Below are positions 1 through 8,698 of a DNA stretch of 30,907 nt, piece after piece. Location of the stretch: contig JAWCPB010000010.1 in NCBI GenBank assembly GCA_038870455.1, positions 1 to 30,907 on the forward strand. Direction: 5' to 3'. The number at the start of each line of letters is the position of its first letter. Position 1 is the first letter of the stretch. Origin of the DNA: Candidatus Micrarchaeia archaeon. GTDB lineage: Archaea > Micrarchaeota > Micrarchaeia > Burarchaeales > JACRGF01. Both the position numbers and the translations under genes were made by a program. The notes below the pieces were generated by a model, which made no database searches, was not told the DNA's origin, and was given only the letters and a program-made list of their open reading frames with translations.

Positions 1-705
1 ATCCGTGCCGAGGTCGACGAAGCAAAAGGCATTGTTGCACTGCTGGATTCACTGGGCGAAAAACAGCTTTCGTTCGCCTCACTGACCTCATACTCGAGCC
101 AGGCGGTCCGCATACAGCAGAACATAATCGCTTTCGGGCCGAAAAACCTTTGGGAACACAACTTCTCGCTCGTGCTCGCCTACAACATGACTGCATCGAA
201 GCTAGTCGACTATTTGCTATCCAGATACGAAGAGAGGAAGGAAACTGAAAAAAAAAGGTCTAAGGAACGCGAGGAGGAGACCAGAAGAGAAGAAATTGCA
301 AAAAAAGACGAGGCGACCAGTCTCAGAACAGATCTCATTGCGTTGCTGAATATCGACAATCCTGTTTTGCTTCAACCTGGGGTTCTGCCTGCCTTTCTGC
401 AAAATTACCCGCAGGCGACAGCGACGCTCACGGAACTGCGGGAGCTGAAGAAAGCAGTCCTCGAAAGCAAGCACGAAGGAGGGTTTCCGCCGGTCGAGCC
501 GCCAAAGTTCGGCATGGCCATCAAAGCGCCTGAAGCGCTTCCGGAAGAAACCCGGTTCAAGCTGATGGTTGCGGCATGCACGACCCCGAAAGAACTCGCA
601 GGGACTTTCGAGCAAATCAAGCGGACCATGGGCGCGGAAGCAGCCATCGAGTTTATCACCGGCCACCAGATGGAACGCACCAAGCGCCTTGCCGCGCGCG
701 CCTGA
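1..705 (+). CDS. Hypothetical helical/charged protein, 5'-truncated by the window edge
   Basis: Frame 1 is open from base 1 (IRAEVDEAKGIVALLDSL...) to TGA at 703-705. It has a K/E/R-rich coiled segment and no recognised family. Confidence 0.75.
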   Translation: MRAEVDEAKGIVALLDSLGEKQLSFASLTSYSSQAVRIQQNIIAFGPKNLWEHNFSLVLAYNMTASKLVDYLLSRYEERKETEKKRSKEREEETRREEIAKKDEATSLRTDLIALLNIDNPVLLQPGVLPAFLQNYPQATATLTELRELKKAVLESKHEGGFPPVEPPKFGMAIKAPEALPEETRFKLMVAACTTPKELAGTFEQIKRTMGAEAAIEFITGHQMERTKRLAARA

Positions 706-710
706 ACAGC

Positions 711-718
711 TTTATATA
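711..718 (+). promoter_or_regulatory. TATA box (TTTATATA) of a probably leaderless DUF530 transcript
   Basis: Archaeal TATA consensus about 24 nt upstream of ATG 742, with no SD site. Confidence 0.6.
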
Positions 719-741
719 CTCCATCGCGCATTTTCTTTTTC

Positions 742-2130
742 ATGCATTCTTCGCTTCACCTCATCGCGAGGGCGAACGCGTTTCTTGACGAGCTGGCGCT
801 CGGCAGCGGAAGCCCTGCCGAGTTGCGCAGGAGGCTCGAGGGCAGCCTGCGTGTCCTTATCCAGCTCAAGGAGGAAATGCTCTTCCATGGGTTTGCGGCG
901 CCTTTCATTGGCATCACGCGCGTTCAGCCTCCTGACGAGGAGTTCGCGAGCGCCGAGGAAGCGCGCGACCTCTCCAAGCAGATCGCCCGCATGCGCTATG
1001 TCGCCAGCCTCAAGAAATTCACGCTCGCCCGCACGCGCATCGCCATAGCCGCGCACAAGGCCGCGCTCGGCGAACTCGAGCACGGCTTGAGGCCTGAGCT
1101 TCTTCAAGTCCTTCCGCTGGACGGGAACTACATCGGACGCCTCACGGCCTCGCGGGAGCACGGGCTGCACGCGTACCACGCGCTCACCGAGCTGCTGGCG
1201 GACGGCGGCGTGGAGGAGGGCGTGAGCGTGGTCATCGAGCACGCCAAGGACGGCTCTCCCGTGAGAGCGCGCTTCAACCTCTCCACTGCGAAAAACCTGG
1301 AGGAGAAAGTAAAGCGCGCCTTCGGCGAGAGCGCGCGCATTCTCTCTTTGAAACCCGTTGCCTCCAAAGGCCTCGTCAGGCGCAGGAGCGCCCGGGTGTG
1401 CCTTGCTTCGGCTTACGCCGTGTTGGCAGCCTCGCAGGTGGAAAAGGAATTGGCTGGGCAAGCGCCCGCCCGCGTTGCCGCGTACGCTTCTCTCCTCAAA
1501 AAACACGGGCTTGAAGGCGATGCGCTGGTAAGCGAGGTGGACGGCTACGAGGAGCTGAAGGAAGAGCTGGCGAAAAACGGTTTGCTGCGGTTCGAGGCGG
1601 GCGAGGCAATTCTCGACGAGGAAGTCGCCTCTTATCTAAGCCGCAGGCGCCGCCTGCTTCGCGAGCGCGCCGCGAAAAAGGCGAAGGAACTGCTGGCCCT
1701 CGACCTCCTCAAGTTCTTCCTCCTCGTCCCCCGGAGGGAACGCGAAAAAGGCCTGCTCTTTCCGAGCCTCCCGCCCCTGCTGTCGAAGGAAAGCCTTGCC
1801 TTTCTCGAAGCCATCGCCTCCCTGCACGGCATCCGCAACGCCGCGGGCATCGTTGCGGCAAAGCTCAAGGCCGAGGAGCTCAAGCTCAACCTCGGCGGGC
1901 GGAGCTTCGGAAGCGCTTTCTTCTATCTCAACTCGGACAAGCCCGTCGAGTGGTGCGAGAAAAACTTCGGCCTGCCGAGGGAGCGTATCCTCGCCGCGGC
2001 GAGGACGCTCGCCCCGCTTGTCGAGGCGAGGGAGGAGCGCCTGCGCGAGCTGGGGATAGAGAAGAGCGCTCGTGCCCGCGAGTTCGCCGAGGCGTTGCGC
2101 GATGCTGGTTCTCAAGGGAAGAAAGGCTGA
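742..2130 (+). CDS. DUF530-family archaeal protein
   Basis: 462 aa. The N-terminus LIARANAFLD...GFAAPF...RYVASLKKFTLARTRIAIAAHKAAL resembles recalled archaeal DUF530 proteins. Confidence 0.7.
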   Translation: MHSSLHLIARANAFLDELALGSGSPAELRRRLEGSLRVLIQLKEEMLFHGFAAPFIGITRVQPPDEEFASAEEARDLSKQIARMRYVASLKKFTLARTRIAIAAHKAALGELEHGLRPELLQVLPLDGNYIGRLTASREHGLHAYHALTELLADGGVEEGVSVVIEHAKDGSPVRARFNLSTAKNLEEKVKRAFGESARILSLKPVASKGLVRRRSARVCLASAYAVLAASQVEKELAGQAPARVAAYASLLKKHGLEGDALVSEVDGYEELKEELAKNGLLRFEAGEAILDEEVASYLSRRRRLLRERAAKKAKELLALDLLKFFLLVPRREREKGLLFPSLPPLLSKESLAFLEAIASLHGIRNAAGIVAAKLKAEELKLNLGGRSFGSAFFYLNSDKPVEWCEKNFGLPRERILAAARTLAPLVEAREERLRELGIEKSARAREFAEALRDAGSQGKKG

Positions 2131-2497
2131 GATGCTCGCAGCCATCGCTGCCTCCCCCGAGGCTACTGAGGCAATCCTGAAGGCAAAACCAAGCATTCCT
2201 CTGCTCACCGAAGTCGTTGGGAAAACAAAAATCAGCACGCTCCTCGTCTCGCCCGCGCTGCTGGCGAGGTTTCCGAAAAAAGCGCTTCCCGCTCTCGAAA
2301 AAATAGGTGTAACAGTTAAGACCATTGAGGCGAGAGGGGGAAGGCCGCGCGTGCATCCCGCAGAGAAGCTCGAGCGCCTGCGCGAGCTGGCAGGCCGGGA
2401 GCTCGCCGCGCGCGAAATCGCGCAGGAAGCAGGGCTGCCGCTGCGCACCGTCTATTACTATCTCAGAAAACTCAAGCGCGCGCAAACCAACCCTTAA
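2102..2497 (+). CDS. DUF1699-like protein with C-terminal helix-turn-helix
   Basis: ATG 2102 overlaps the DUF530 end. A GGRPR hook is followed by the HTH AREIAQEAGLPLRTVYYYLRK. The N-domain (KPSIPLL...LVSPALL...ALEKIGV) resembles archaeal DUF1699. Confidence 0.7.
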   Translation: MLVLKGRKAEMLAAIAASPEATEAILKAKPSIPLLTEVVGKTKISTLLVSPALLARFPKKALPALEKIGVTVKTIEARGGRPRVHPAEKLERLRELAGRELAAREIAQEAGLPLRTVYYYLRKLKRAQTNP

Positions 2498-2524
2498 ATG
2501 CTTCGCGCATCAAAACACTTCCAA

Positions 2525-2597
2525 GCCCCGGTAGCTCAGTTGGTAGAGCGACTGGCTGTTAACCAGTAGGTCGCAAGTTCAAGTCTTGCCCGGGGCG
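2525..2597 (+). tRNA. tRNA-Asn (GTT), intronless, CCA not encoded
   Basis: Acceptor stem GCCCCGG/CCGGGGC, D-arm GCTC..GAGC, anticodon arm ACTGG-CTGTTAA-CCAGT, T-arm GCAAG-TTCAAGT-CTTGC, discriminator G. A TTAAAT box lies at 2494-2499. Confidence 0.98.
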
Positions 2598-2633
2598 CTT
2601 AGTTTAAATACGCCTAATGAGCCATTTTTATCC

Positions 2634-4118
2634 GTGCGAGTGTGCATAGTCGCGCTATTGCTGTTCGCTGCCACTGCCCAAGCCACCGAGTGGGTGCTGA
2701 CCACTCAGGCAGATTTTCTGCCAGGAGTATTCGAAAATACAAGCGCTGTGGCGGCCGGCAGCGTGATGCTGCTCGGCAACGAGGGCTGGGTGCAGGCCAA
2801 TAATCCAATCTTCGATCCGGCCACAAAAGCCTATTATCCTACAGTGCTCTACGACCCAAATCGTTTTGCCTCCCACGGCGCCGAAGCGTATTACAAGATG
2901 TGGTACAGTGACGGCTCGCACGTCTGGCTGGCGGTATCGGAGGATGGGCTGAACTGGAGTGTTGTGGGGCAGTCTACCGGCCTCGCTGATGCCAATCACC
3001 CGAAAGCAATTTACGACCCAGACGGTTTTGGCGGGAGTGGAGTTTATTACAAGATATGGTACTGGGACACGACCAAACTCTACACTGTGGAAGCTATTCG
3101 TTATGCCGAGTCCGCAGACGGGCTCAACTGGGTGAACGACCAGCCGCTGACCCAGGATGCTGGCCGGCCGATCATCACCGGCGTTCCATCGGACTGGAAC
3201 CGAGGCTCGTACGGCCCATCGCACATCTTCTATAACAGCAGCGGCTCGGACGAAATGAACCACTCCAACCCATCTGGAAACAAATACGTAATGTATTTTG
3301 ACGGCACTGATGGCGGGTTCGAGGAGACCGGGCTGGCTTATTCCAACAACGGGATAAATTGGAGCATGTGCTGCAAAGTGCTCGAGCGCGGAGGCGGACC
3401 GTGGGGGAATAACGGCACGTGGGATTCGAGCTATGCCTATGCATGGAGTGTTGTGAGGAGCCCCGTGGGATACGAGCTGTGGTACAGCGGAGGACAGAAG
3501 GCATCCCATGAGGGCATTGGCCATGCCGTTTCGTCTGACGGCATGAATTTCACGAAGGATGCAGCCAACCCCATCCAGAGCTTGGCGCGCCAGCCGGGCG
3601 CGTGGAACGCAGAGCGAAGTTATACCCCAATGGTGTTGTACGATGCGAATAATTTCAGCGGGCACGGCGAAAACTCCGCTTACAGGATGTGGTTTACTGG
3701 CATGGCTTCTGGCAACTACGCCATCGGCGGTGCGCGGTTCACGACAAGCTACCCAACGAGCGGGGCATACCTCTCGCCGGTTTTTGATGCGGGAGCGCGG
3801 GTCAGCTTCGTTGAAATCAACTGGAGTGCGACATTTGGGAATGCCACGGCGATACTGCTCGTCACAAGGACATCGGATGATGGCTCGAACTGGAGTGCTT
3901 GGTCCGCGCCACACGCCTACCCTCTGAGCCCTATCAACGCGAGCGGCAGGTTCATTCAGTTCAGAGCCGAGCTATCCACCTCGGATCCGCTGCTCACGCC
4001 ATCGCTCGATGAGGTGAGGATAAGCTACCAGGGTGCGCCCACAGGCCAGTCGGAACGGGCCGAGGGGAAAAGCATTTTGACATCGAAATCATCGGGGATT
4101 GCCTGCTCGAACCCATAA
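2634..4118 (+). CDS. Secreted five-bladed beta-propeller (GH32/43/130-like fold) surface protein, N-terminal part of a frameshifted gene
   Basis: GTG 2634 is about 24 nt after TTTAAATA (2603-2610). Signal peptide MRVCIVALLLFAATAQA. Five repeats of P-x-V/I-x-YD...Y-K-M-W-Y and repeated S-x-DG-x-NW (Asp-box-like) motifs. Confidence 0.75.
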   Translation: MRVCIVALLLFAATAQATEWVLTTQADFLPGVFENTSAVAAGSVMLLGNEGWVQANNPIFDPATKAYYPTVLYDPNRFASHGAEAYYKMWYSDGSHVWLAVSEDGLNWSVVGQSTGLADANHPKAIYDPDGFGGSGVYYKIWYWDTTKLYTVEAIRYAESADGLNWVNDQPLTQDAGRPIITGVPSDWNRGSYGPSHIFYNSSGSDEMNHSNPSGNKYVMYFDGTDGGFEETGLAYSNNGINWSMCCKVLERGGGPWGNNGTWDSSYAYAWSVVRSPVGYELWYSGGQKASHEGIGHAVSSDGMNFTKDAANPIQSLARQPGAWNAERSYTPMVLYDANNFSGHGENSAYRMWFTGMASGNYAIGGARFTTSYPTSGAYLSPVFDAGARVSFVEINWSATFGNATAILLVTRTSDDGSNWSAWSAPHAYPLSPINASGRFIQFRAELSTSDPLLTPSLDEVRISYQGAPTGQSERAEGKSILTSKSSGIACSNP

Positions 4119-4876
4119 CCTTCAAGGTGAGCGATCTCCGCACGAGCGAGCCATTGCAGGGCGCTATCGTGCGCGTCATCACGAAGAACTCGTTCTGGGA
4201 GGAGGTTGCCGAGCTCTCCACCGACCGCCATGGCAGTGCGACCTTCGTGCCTCAGCGTGATGGCCAGTTCGAGGCGAGCTTTGCCCGTGGGGGGTATGCC
4301 GCTCGCACCCTGCCCCTCTATGTGCGCAGGTGCGCCGAATGCTATGCCGATGCCGAGTGCGCGGATGATGAACGATGTGTGAATGGGGAATGCATCGAAA
4401 TCCGCTGCCCGTGCGGAAAAATTGAAAATAGGGAATGTGTGGCATTCGAATGCTGCTCGGACTCTGACTGCCCAACCGATGCGAGCTGCTCGGACAATCG
4501 ATGCGTAAAGCTGACAGGCGAATGTGGTTATGCTGTCAATCATAGCTGGGTGAGGTATGCTTGCTGCAGCGATGCCGAGTGCGGTGGCGATGAGGTGTGC
4601 TCAAACAATGCCTGCGTAAAGCTGACAGGCGAATGTGGTTATGCTGTCAATCATAGCTGGGTGAGGTATGCTTGCTGTAGCGAAAACGATTGCAAGGCTG
4701 GGGAATTCTGTTTGAACCATACCTGCACGCCCCGCTTGATTTATGGTGCATTGCGGCAACCCGGCTTCGACGTCAGCGCTCTCGCGCCCCACTGCGCCGT
4801 CATTCTGCTGTTCTTGCTGCTCATAGCCTATCTTCTGTTTAGGCGCAGGCGGCGCAGTGAGGATAACGAAACATAG
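4061..4876 (+). CDS. C-terminal part of the surface protein: beta-sandwich, Cys-rich repeats, TM anchor and poly-Arg (5' boundary approximate)
   Basis: The frame of ORF 4127-4876 stays open and protein-like upstream (RGEKHFDIEIIGDCLLEPITFKVSDLR). It has no signal peptide of its own. It carries CC-x-D-x-E/DC repeats and ends AVILLFLLLIAYLLF-RRRRR. Confidence 0.7.
   Translation, partial: RGEKHFDIEIIGDCLLEPITFKVSDLRTSEPLQGAIVRVITKNSFWEEVAELSTDRHGSATFVPQRDGQFEASFARGGYAARTLPLYVRRCAECYADAECADDERCVNGECIEIRCPCGKIENRECVAFECCSDSDCPTDASCSDNRCVKLTGECGYAVNHSWVRYACCSDAECGGDEVCSNNACVKLTGECGYAVNHSWVRYACCSENDCKAGEFCLNHTCTPRLIYGALRQPGFDVSALAPHCAVILLFLLLIAYLLFRRRRRSEDNET
4502..4677 (+). repeat. Perfect 65-bp direct repeat (4502-4566 and 4613-4677), 111-bp period, intragenic
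   Basis: TGCGTAAAGCTGACAGGCGAATGTGGTTATGCTGTCAATCATAGCTGGGTGAGGTATGCTTGCTG occurs twice and encodes CVKLTGECGYAVNHSWVRYACC. Confidence 0.95.
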
Positions 4877-4894
4877 CAGATTGTTCTCATCCTT

Positions 4895-5545
4895 CTAGCC
4901 CTTTCCGGCTTTCCTCGCCTTGTTCAAGTAAGCAATCGCCTCCTCGTCCTCAACCTGCCTGAAAACCCTATAGAACTGACCCACGGCCATGAAAAAGACT
5001 GGAATCTCAAGGCAGACGAATTCGTCGGCAAGCGGCTCGATGGCGCGGGCGCTGTCGGATGCGGCAACCGGAACGGCGACCACCACTTTCTCCGCGCCCA
5101 GCTTTCTGGCTGCCTTTATGGCGGCAATCATGGTGTGGCCCGTTGCGATGCCGTCATCCACGAGGATGACTGTCTTGCCCCTCAGAGCGGGGAACTTTCT
5201 TCCCTGGGCATAGCGCGCGTACTTTTCTTCAACCATTCGCGCGAGCTCTTTCCTCTGCTCTTCAACATACTCTTTGCTTATGCCGTATGCCGCCAGCGCG
5301 CCCTCGTCGAGGCTCACCTCGCCCCCGAAAGCCACCGCGCCGATGGCCAGCTCGGGCTCGCCCGGAAAAGGAATTTTCTTGGAGACGAGCGCGTCGAGGG
5401 GAAGGCCGAGCTCCTGCGACAGCGCGTACCCCATCTCGAGCGCGCCCCGCGGAATGGCGAGGATGATTGCGTTCGGGTCGCCCGCGTATTTCCGGAGCTT
5501 GCCGGCCAGCTTTCGCGCCGCGTCGAGCCTGTCCTCGAAAGGCAT
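4895..5545 (-). CDS. Type I phosphoribosyltransferase (COG1926-like)
   Basis: F-x-DR-x-x-A start, LAIPRG, PELAIGAV, and PRPP-binding loop VILVDDGIATGHT. Confidence 0.92.
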   Translation of the reverse strand: MPFEDRLDAARKLAGKLRKYAGDPNAIILAIPRGALEMGYALSQELGLPLDALVSKKIPFPGEPELAIGAVAFGGEVSLDEGALAAYGISKEYVEEQRKELARMVEEKYARYAQGRKFPALRGKTVILVDDGIATGHTMIAAIKAARKLGAEKVVVAVPVAASDSARAIEPLADEFVCLEIPVFFMAVGQFYRVFRQVEDEEAIAYLNKARKAGKG

Positions 5546-5607
5546 GCAGAACCATCGGGCAAACCGATTTAAACCCCTTTGCTTTAATGCTTGGGCTGGT
5601 GGGAGGG

Positions 5608-6027
5608 TTGAAGGTCAAGGAGATAATGCACTCCATCACGCTCGTAGAGGCCGACGCGGCGGTGCGCCAGGTTGCGGTTATCATGCGCCAGAAGAACATC
5701 GGCTCGGTGCTCGTGGCGAGAAAAGGCAATATTGTTGGGATACTCACCGAGAGGGACATTCTCAAGCGCGTTGTGGCCGAGGGCCTCGACCCCTCGAGAA
5801 CGACAGCCGAGCAGATAATGACTCGGGACATAATAACGATAAATGCCGAGGCGAGCGTGCTCGAGGCAGCCGAGCTCTTCAACCGCTATGACATCAGGAG
5901 GCTGCCTGTGGAGGAGAACGGCAGGATTGTGGGCATAGTCACGGCGCGAGGCGTTGCCAAGAGCATGCCGCTCGCCGTCGTCCGCCCCACCGAGTCTGAA
6001 AAGTACTACCAGTCGGGCATTTTCTAG
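5608..6027 (+). CDS. Tandem CBS-domain protein
   Basis: TTG start after a GGGAGG SD. Motifs [35 protein letters not shown]. Confidence 0.92.
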   Translation: MKVKEIMHSITLVEADAAVRQVAVIMRQKNIGSVLVARKGNIVGILTERDILKRVVAEGLDPSRTTAEQIMTRDIITINAEASVLEAAELFNRYDIRRLPVEENGRIVGIVTARGVAKSMPLAVVRPTESEKYYQSGIF

Positions 6028-6572
6028 CCTGCTTTGAACAGGCCCTCGAGGCACAGGACGGTCAGCTTTCCTTTAACCGGGCATTTTTTCTGCAGGTCGC
6101 ATCTGGGGCACAGCGTGCGCACGTCGCTCACGTCAAGCGTGCCGAGGCCATCGTGCAGAGCGTGGAGGAGCTTGAGGTACTTGCCTTCGGCAATGCGCGG
6201 CACGGCGTTCCTCCTCTCAAGACCGAACCACTCGTAAAGGCGCCTGCCGCCTTTCGAGGAGTTGCATCTTCCGCACACCCACACGAGGTTGTCCGTCGAA
6301 TCAGGCCCTCCTCGCGCGCGGGGCAGGATGTGCTCGAGCGTCAGCCTGGTCTTGGCCCCGCAGTATACGCATTCGCTTTTTTTCTCGTGTTCTTTTATGT
6401 ACTCCCTCACCGATGATGACCAGTTTACCTCGCCCGAGCGGAGCTTGTTGTACCTGTCCATGATGAACGCGTAGTTGGCTTTCCCGAAACCCGCCGACTC
6501 GGAGATTATTTTTGCGTACTGCCAGTATATCAGGTCCCGGAGCGTCTTGACGGCCGGCGGAGGCACGGTCAT
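6024..6572 (-). CDS. HNH endonuclease with Zn-binding CxxC pairs
   Basis: CVYCG...[11 protein letters not shown]...[15 protein letters not shown]. The ATG overlaps the upstream stop (TGATG). Alternative GTG start at 6566. Confidence 0.9.
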   Translation of the reverse strand: MTVPPPAVKTLRDLIYWQYAKIISESAGFGKANYAFIMDRYNKLRSGEVNWSSSVREYIKEHEKKSECVYCGAKTRLTLEHILPRARGGPDSTDNLVWVCGRCNSSKGGRRLYEWFGLERRNAVPRIAEGKYLKLLHALHDGLGTLDVSDVRTLCPRCDLQKKCPVKGKLTVLCLEGLFKAG

Positions 6573-6853
6573 CACCTGACTCTCTTTACCGCCGTGGCGA
6601 GGTCTTCGACGGGCGATATCTGGGGCTTTCCGAGCTTCATGAGAGGCCTCAGGAACTTGGCGAGCAACTCGTAGGAATCCGCCTCTACGATGAAGTAGAA
6701 GGTGTGCTCGGGCGCGGCCACATAGCTGCCCTTCAGCCTCACGCCGTGCTTTCTCGCGTGCTCCCTCGAGGCCATCTTCAGCACGGGCTCGGGGTGGTCG
6801 ACGGGGCAATTCACGCACTCGTGCTCGTGCCGTATCACAAACAACATGGGCAT
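6572..6853 (-). CDS. DUF3303/GYD-like small ferredoxin-fold protein
   Basis: [14 protein letters not shown]...[19 protein letters not shown]...QISPV pattern. TATAAAAA lies upstream on the minus strand. Confidence 0.65.
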   Translation of the reverse strand: MPMLFVIRHEHECVNCPVDHPEPVLKMASREHARKHGVRLKGSYVAAPEHTFYFIVEADSYELLAKFLRPLMKLGKPQISPVEDLATAVKRVR

Positions 6854-6903
6854 CGCCCGCAGCCTTTTCTTCAAGCGGTTTTTTATACCCGCCGCCCTCC
6901 ATT

Positions 6904-8163
6904 ATGCGCGTGGGATTCACAAAGAAATGGAAACCGGTGAAAGTCGCTCCCGAGCACGCCCCTCCTTCTGCGGATGAAGTAAAGGAAATGATTCAGAAGG
7001 ACGTGGCGAGGCTGCGCAAGGCCGCGAAAGAAACCGAGCTCATGGGAGAGGACGCGCTCCGCAGGGCCCACCGCATTGCCGAAGAGCTGCGCATGCTCGG
7101 CTACCGCTCGCTGCTCCTCCGCCCGCCCGCCAACGAGCTTATCATGGAAAGGGCCGTGTTCAAAGCGCACGCGGAGGACGCGAGCTATGCGAGGCTGAAC
7201 ACCATGCTCGAGGAGGAGCCGCAGCTCGCTTCCCTGCCGCGCGACGACCGCGTGTTCCTCCAGGCATTCTGGCTCCACCGCCTCGCCGACCCGGCGCTCG
7301 CGGGCGCGGGCTACGAGGCCGTTCAAAAGGAGTTCAAGGAACTCGTGAGGAAAACGGTCGAGAAAAAAATTCCGTTCGTCATCACCTCGCTCGACGAGGC
7401 CGGAAAGCCCTGTGGAGCTGCGGCGTGCGCCTACCTACCCAAGTCGAACTCGCTTCTCATCGAGTACATCGCTGTCGAGGAATCCAGGAAAAACCTCGGC
7501 GTGGATTCCCTGCTCATCACAAAGGCGATTGACGTGGCCAACCTGCGCGCGCTCGAGGAGGGCTTTGCCGGCGTGGCGGCCATCGTCGCAGAAGCCGAAA
7601 TCCCTTCGCCGGGCGGTTCTTTCAAGGAAAACCAGGCGCGGCTCGAGCGCATGCAGGCTCTCGTGAACAACGGCATCTACCCTGTCTCGGGCTTTGAATA
7701 CGCGCGCGTGCCCTCGGTTGAAGAGAGAAAAAGGGAGGAGATTGCGAGGGAGGAAGCCGCGCCCAAGATTCCAGCCGCGCCCGTTCCAGTGATCCCAGCA
7801 GGGTACATCCCCGGAGGGGTTTTCGCCCCGCCGGTTCAAGCAGAGGAAGCGCCGGCCGCCAAACCGCCGGAGAAAGAACCCGTCGCGCTCCTGTTGTGCG
7901 TGAGGCCAGTGAACGCCAGCAAGGAAATCACTGCCCGCCAGCTCAAGGCCATCGTCAGGGACGTGCACGCTTATTACGGAAGCAGGGTGGGCAGGGGCCT
8001 GTTCGACCAGCTTAAGGGAAAGGCGGTCATCAAAATCATGCTCGTGGACATGAAGAAGCTTCTTTCCCTCGGAAAACTACTGGGAATTGCACTTCCTCCC
8101 CCGAGCGGCGAAGGAGGCGAGGGCGGGGAGGAAGGGGAAGAGGGGGGGAAGAAAAGCAGTTGA
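6904..8163 (+). CDS. GNAT-domain protein with orphan N-terminus, Pro/Ala linker and acidic tail
   Basis: [21 protein letters not shown] resembles acetyl-CoA binding motif A, followed by IVAEAE...[12 protein letters not shown]. Confidence 0.65.
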   Translation: MRVGFTKKWKPVKVAPEHAPPSADEVKEMIQKDVARLRKAAKETELMGEDALRRAHRIAEELRMLGYRSLLLRPPANELIMERAVFKAHAEDASYARLNTMLEEEPQLASLPRDDRVFLQAFWLHRLADPALAGAGYEAVQKEFKELVRKTVEKKIPFVITSLDEAGKPCGAAACAYLPKSNSLLIEYIAVEESRKNLGVDSLLITKAIDVANLRALEEGFAGVAAIVAEAEIPSPGGSFKENQARLERMQALVNNGIYPVSGFEYARVPSVEERKREEIAREEAAPKIPAAPVPVIPAGYIPGGVFAPPVQAEEAPAAKPPEKEPVALLLCVRPVNASKEITARQLKAIVRDVHAYYGSRVGRGLFDQLKGKAVIKIMLVDMKKLLSLGKLLGIALPPPSGEGGEGGEEGEEGGKKSS

Positions 8164-8238
8164 GCCCGCCATCGCCTTATTTTCAACTATAGCTCAGCAT
8201 ATCCCCATTTTCAACAGCCGCTCCCCGCCCGCGGCCTT

Positions 8239-8472
8239 CTATGCGCTTTCATTCGGGAACACGAGGAGGCTCAGGCTTCCTATCCTCAGCGTGTAGAACA
8301 CGTTTCCATTCCTGCTCGTATTCCTCCACAGCCCTCCCACGCTCTTCAGCTTCTTCTCCCCATTCGCGTCCGTCACGGGCTGCACCACGCGAAAGTCAGG
8401 CCTCCGCCCCTTTTTCTCATCAACTTCCTTTCCTTCAATCTCCACAACTCCGCTCACATCCTCTATTTCCAT
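8239..8472 (-). CDS. DUF736-like small beta protein
   Basis: RPDFRVV...VGGLWRNTSRNGNVFYTLRI matches the recalled DUF736 pattern (PD-F/Y-R...G-x-x-W...S-x-x-G-x-x-Y). An SD-like sequence lies upstream. Confidence 0.65.
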   Translation of the reverse strand: MEIEDVSGVVEIEGKEVDEKKGRRPDFRVVQPVTDANGEKKLKSVGGLWRNTSRNGNVFYTLRIGSLSLLVFPNESA

Positions 8473-8489
8473 TCCACTCACCCCCACGC

Positions 8490-8615
8490 CTAATTCGCTA
8501 CCATGACCAGCTTTTCGCCTTCCCTCTGGAGGCTGACCGCCGCTCCCCGCTTCTCCAGCCTGCTCGCCAGCTCCTCGACTTCCTCGAACCTCAGCCTGCT
8601 CACATCCAGCTTCAT
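8490..8615 (-). CDS. 41-aa small protein (MKLDVSRLRFEEVEELASRLEKRGAAVSLQREGEKLVMVAN)
   Basis: GGTGA SD at 8625-8621, TTTTTAAA box at 8654-8647, and a beta-alpha-beta-beta amphipathic pattern. Confidence 0.6.
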   Translation of the reverse strand: MKLDVSRLRFEEVEELASRLEKRGAAVSLQREGEKLVMVAN

Positions 8616-8698
8616 GCCAATCACCGCAGAGGCTGGCCTTGCTTCATTTAAAAACAAAAGCAGGCGGTGAAGTTCCGGTGAAACCGACGGGAACAGCT

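Noticed and set aside
2586..2633. TTG 2586 as the start of the surface protein
   Set aside because: It lies inside the tRNA gene and upstream of the TATA box. GTG 2634 gives a clean signal peptide.
4502..4677. Direct repeats as a CRISPR array
   Set aside because: Only two 65-bp copies, in frame within a Cys-rich coding region, and no cas genes nearby.
2525..4876. Integrated element at tRNA-Asn
   Set aside because: No integrase, and I saw no duplicated tRNA 3' end (att site) in the window.
6573..6920. N-terminal extension of the HNH ORF (298 aa)
   Set aside because: It overlaps the DUF3303-like gene in another frame. The SD and stop-start coupling support a start at 6572 or 6566.
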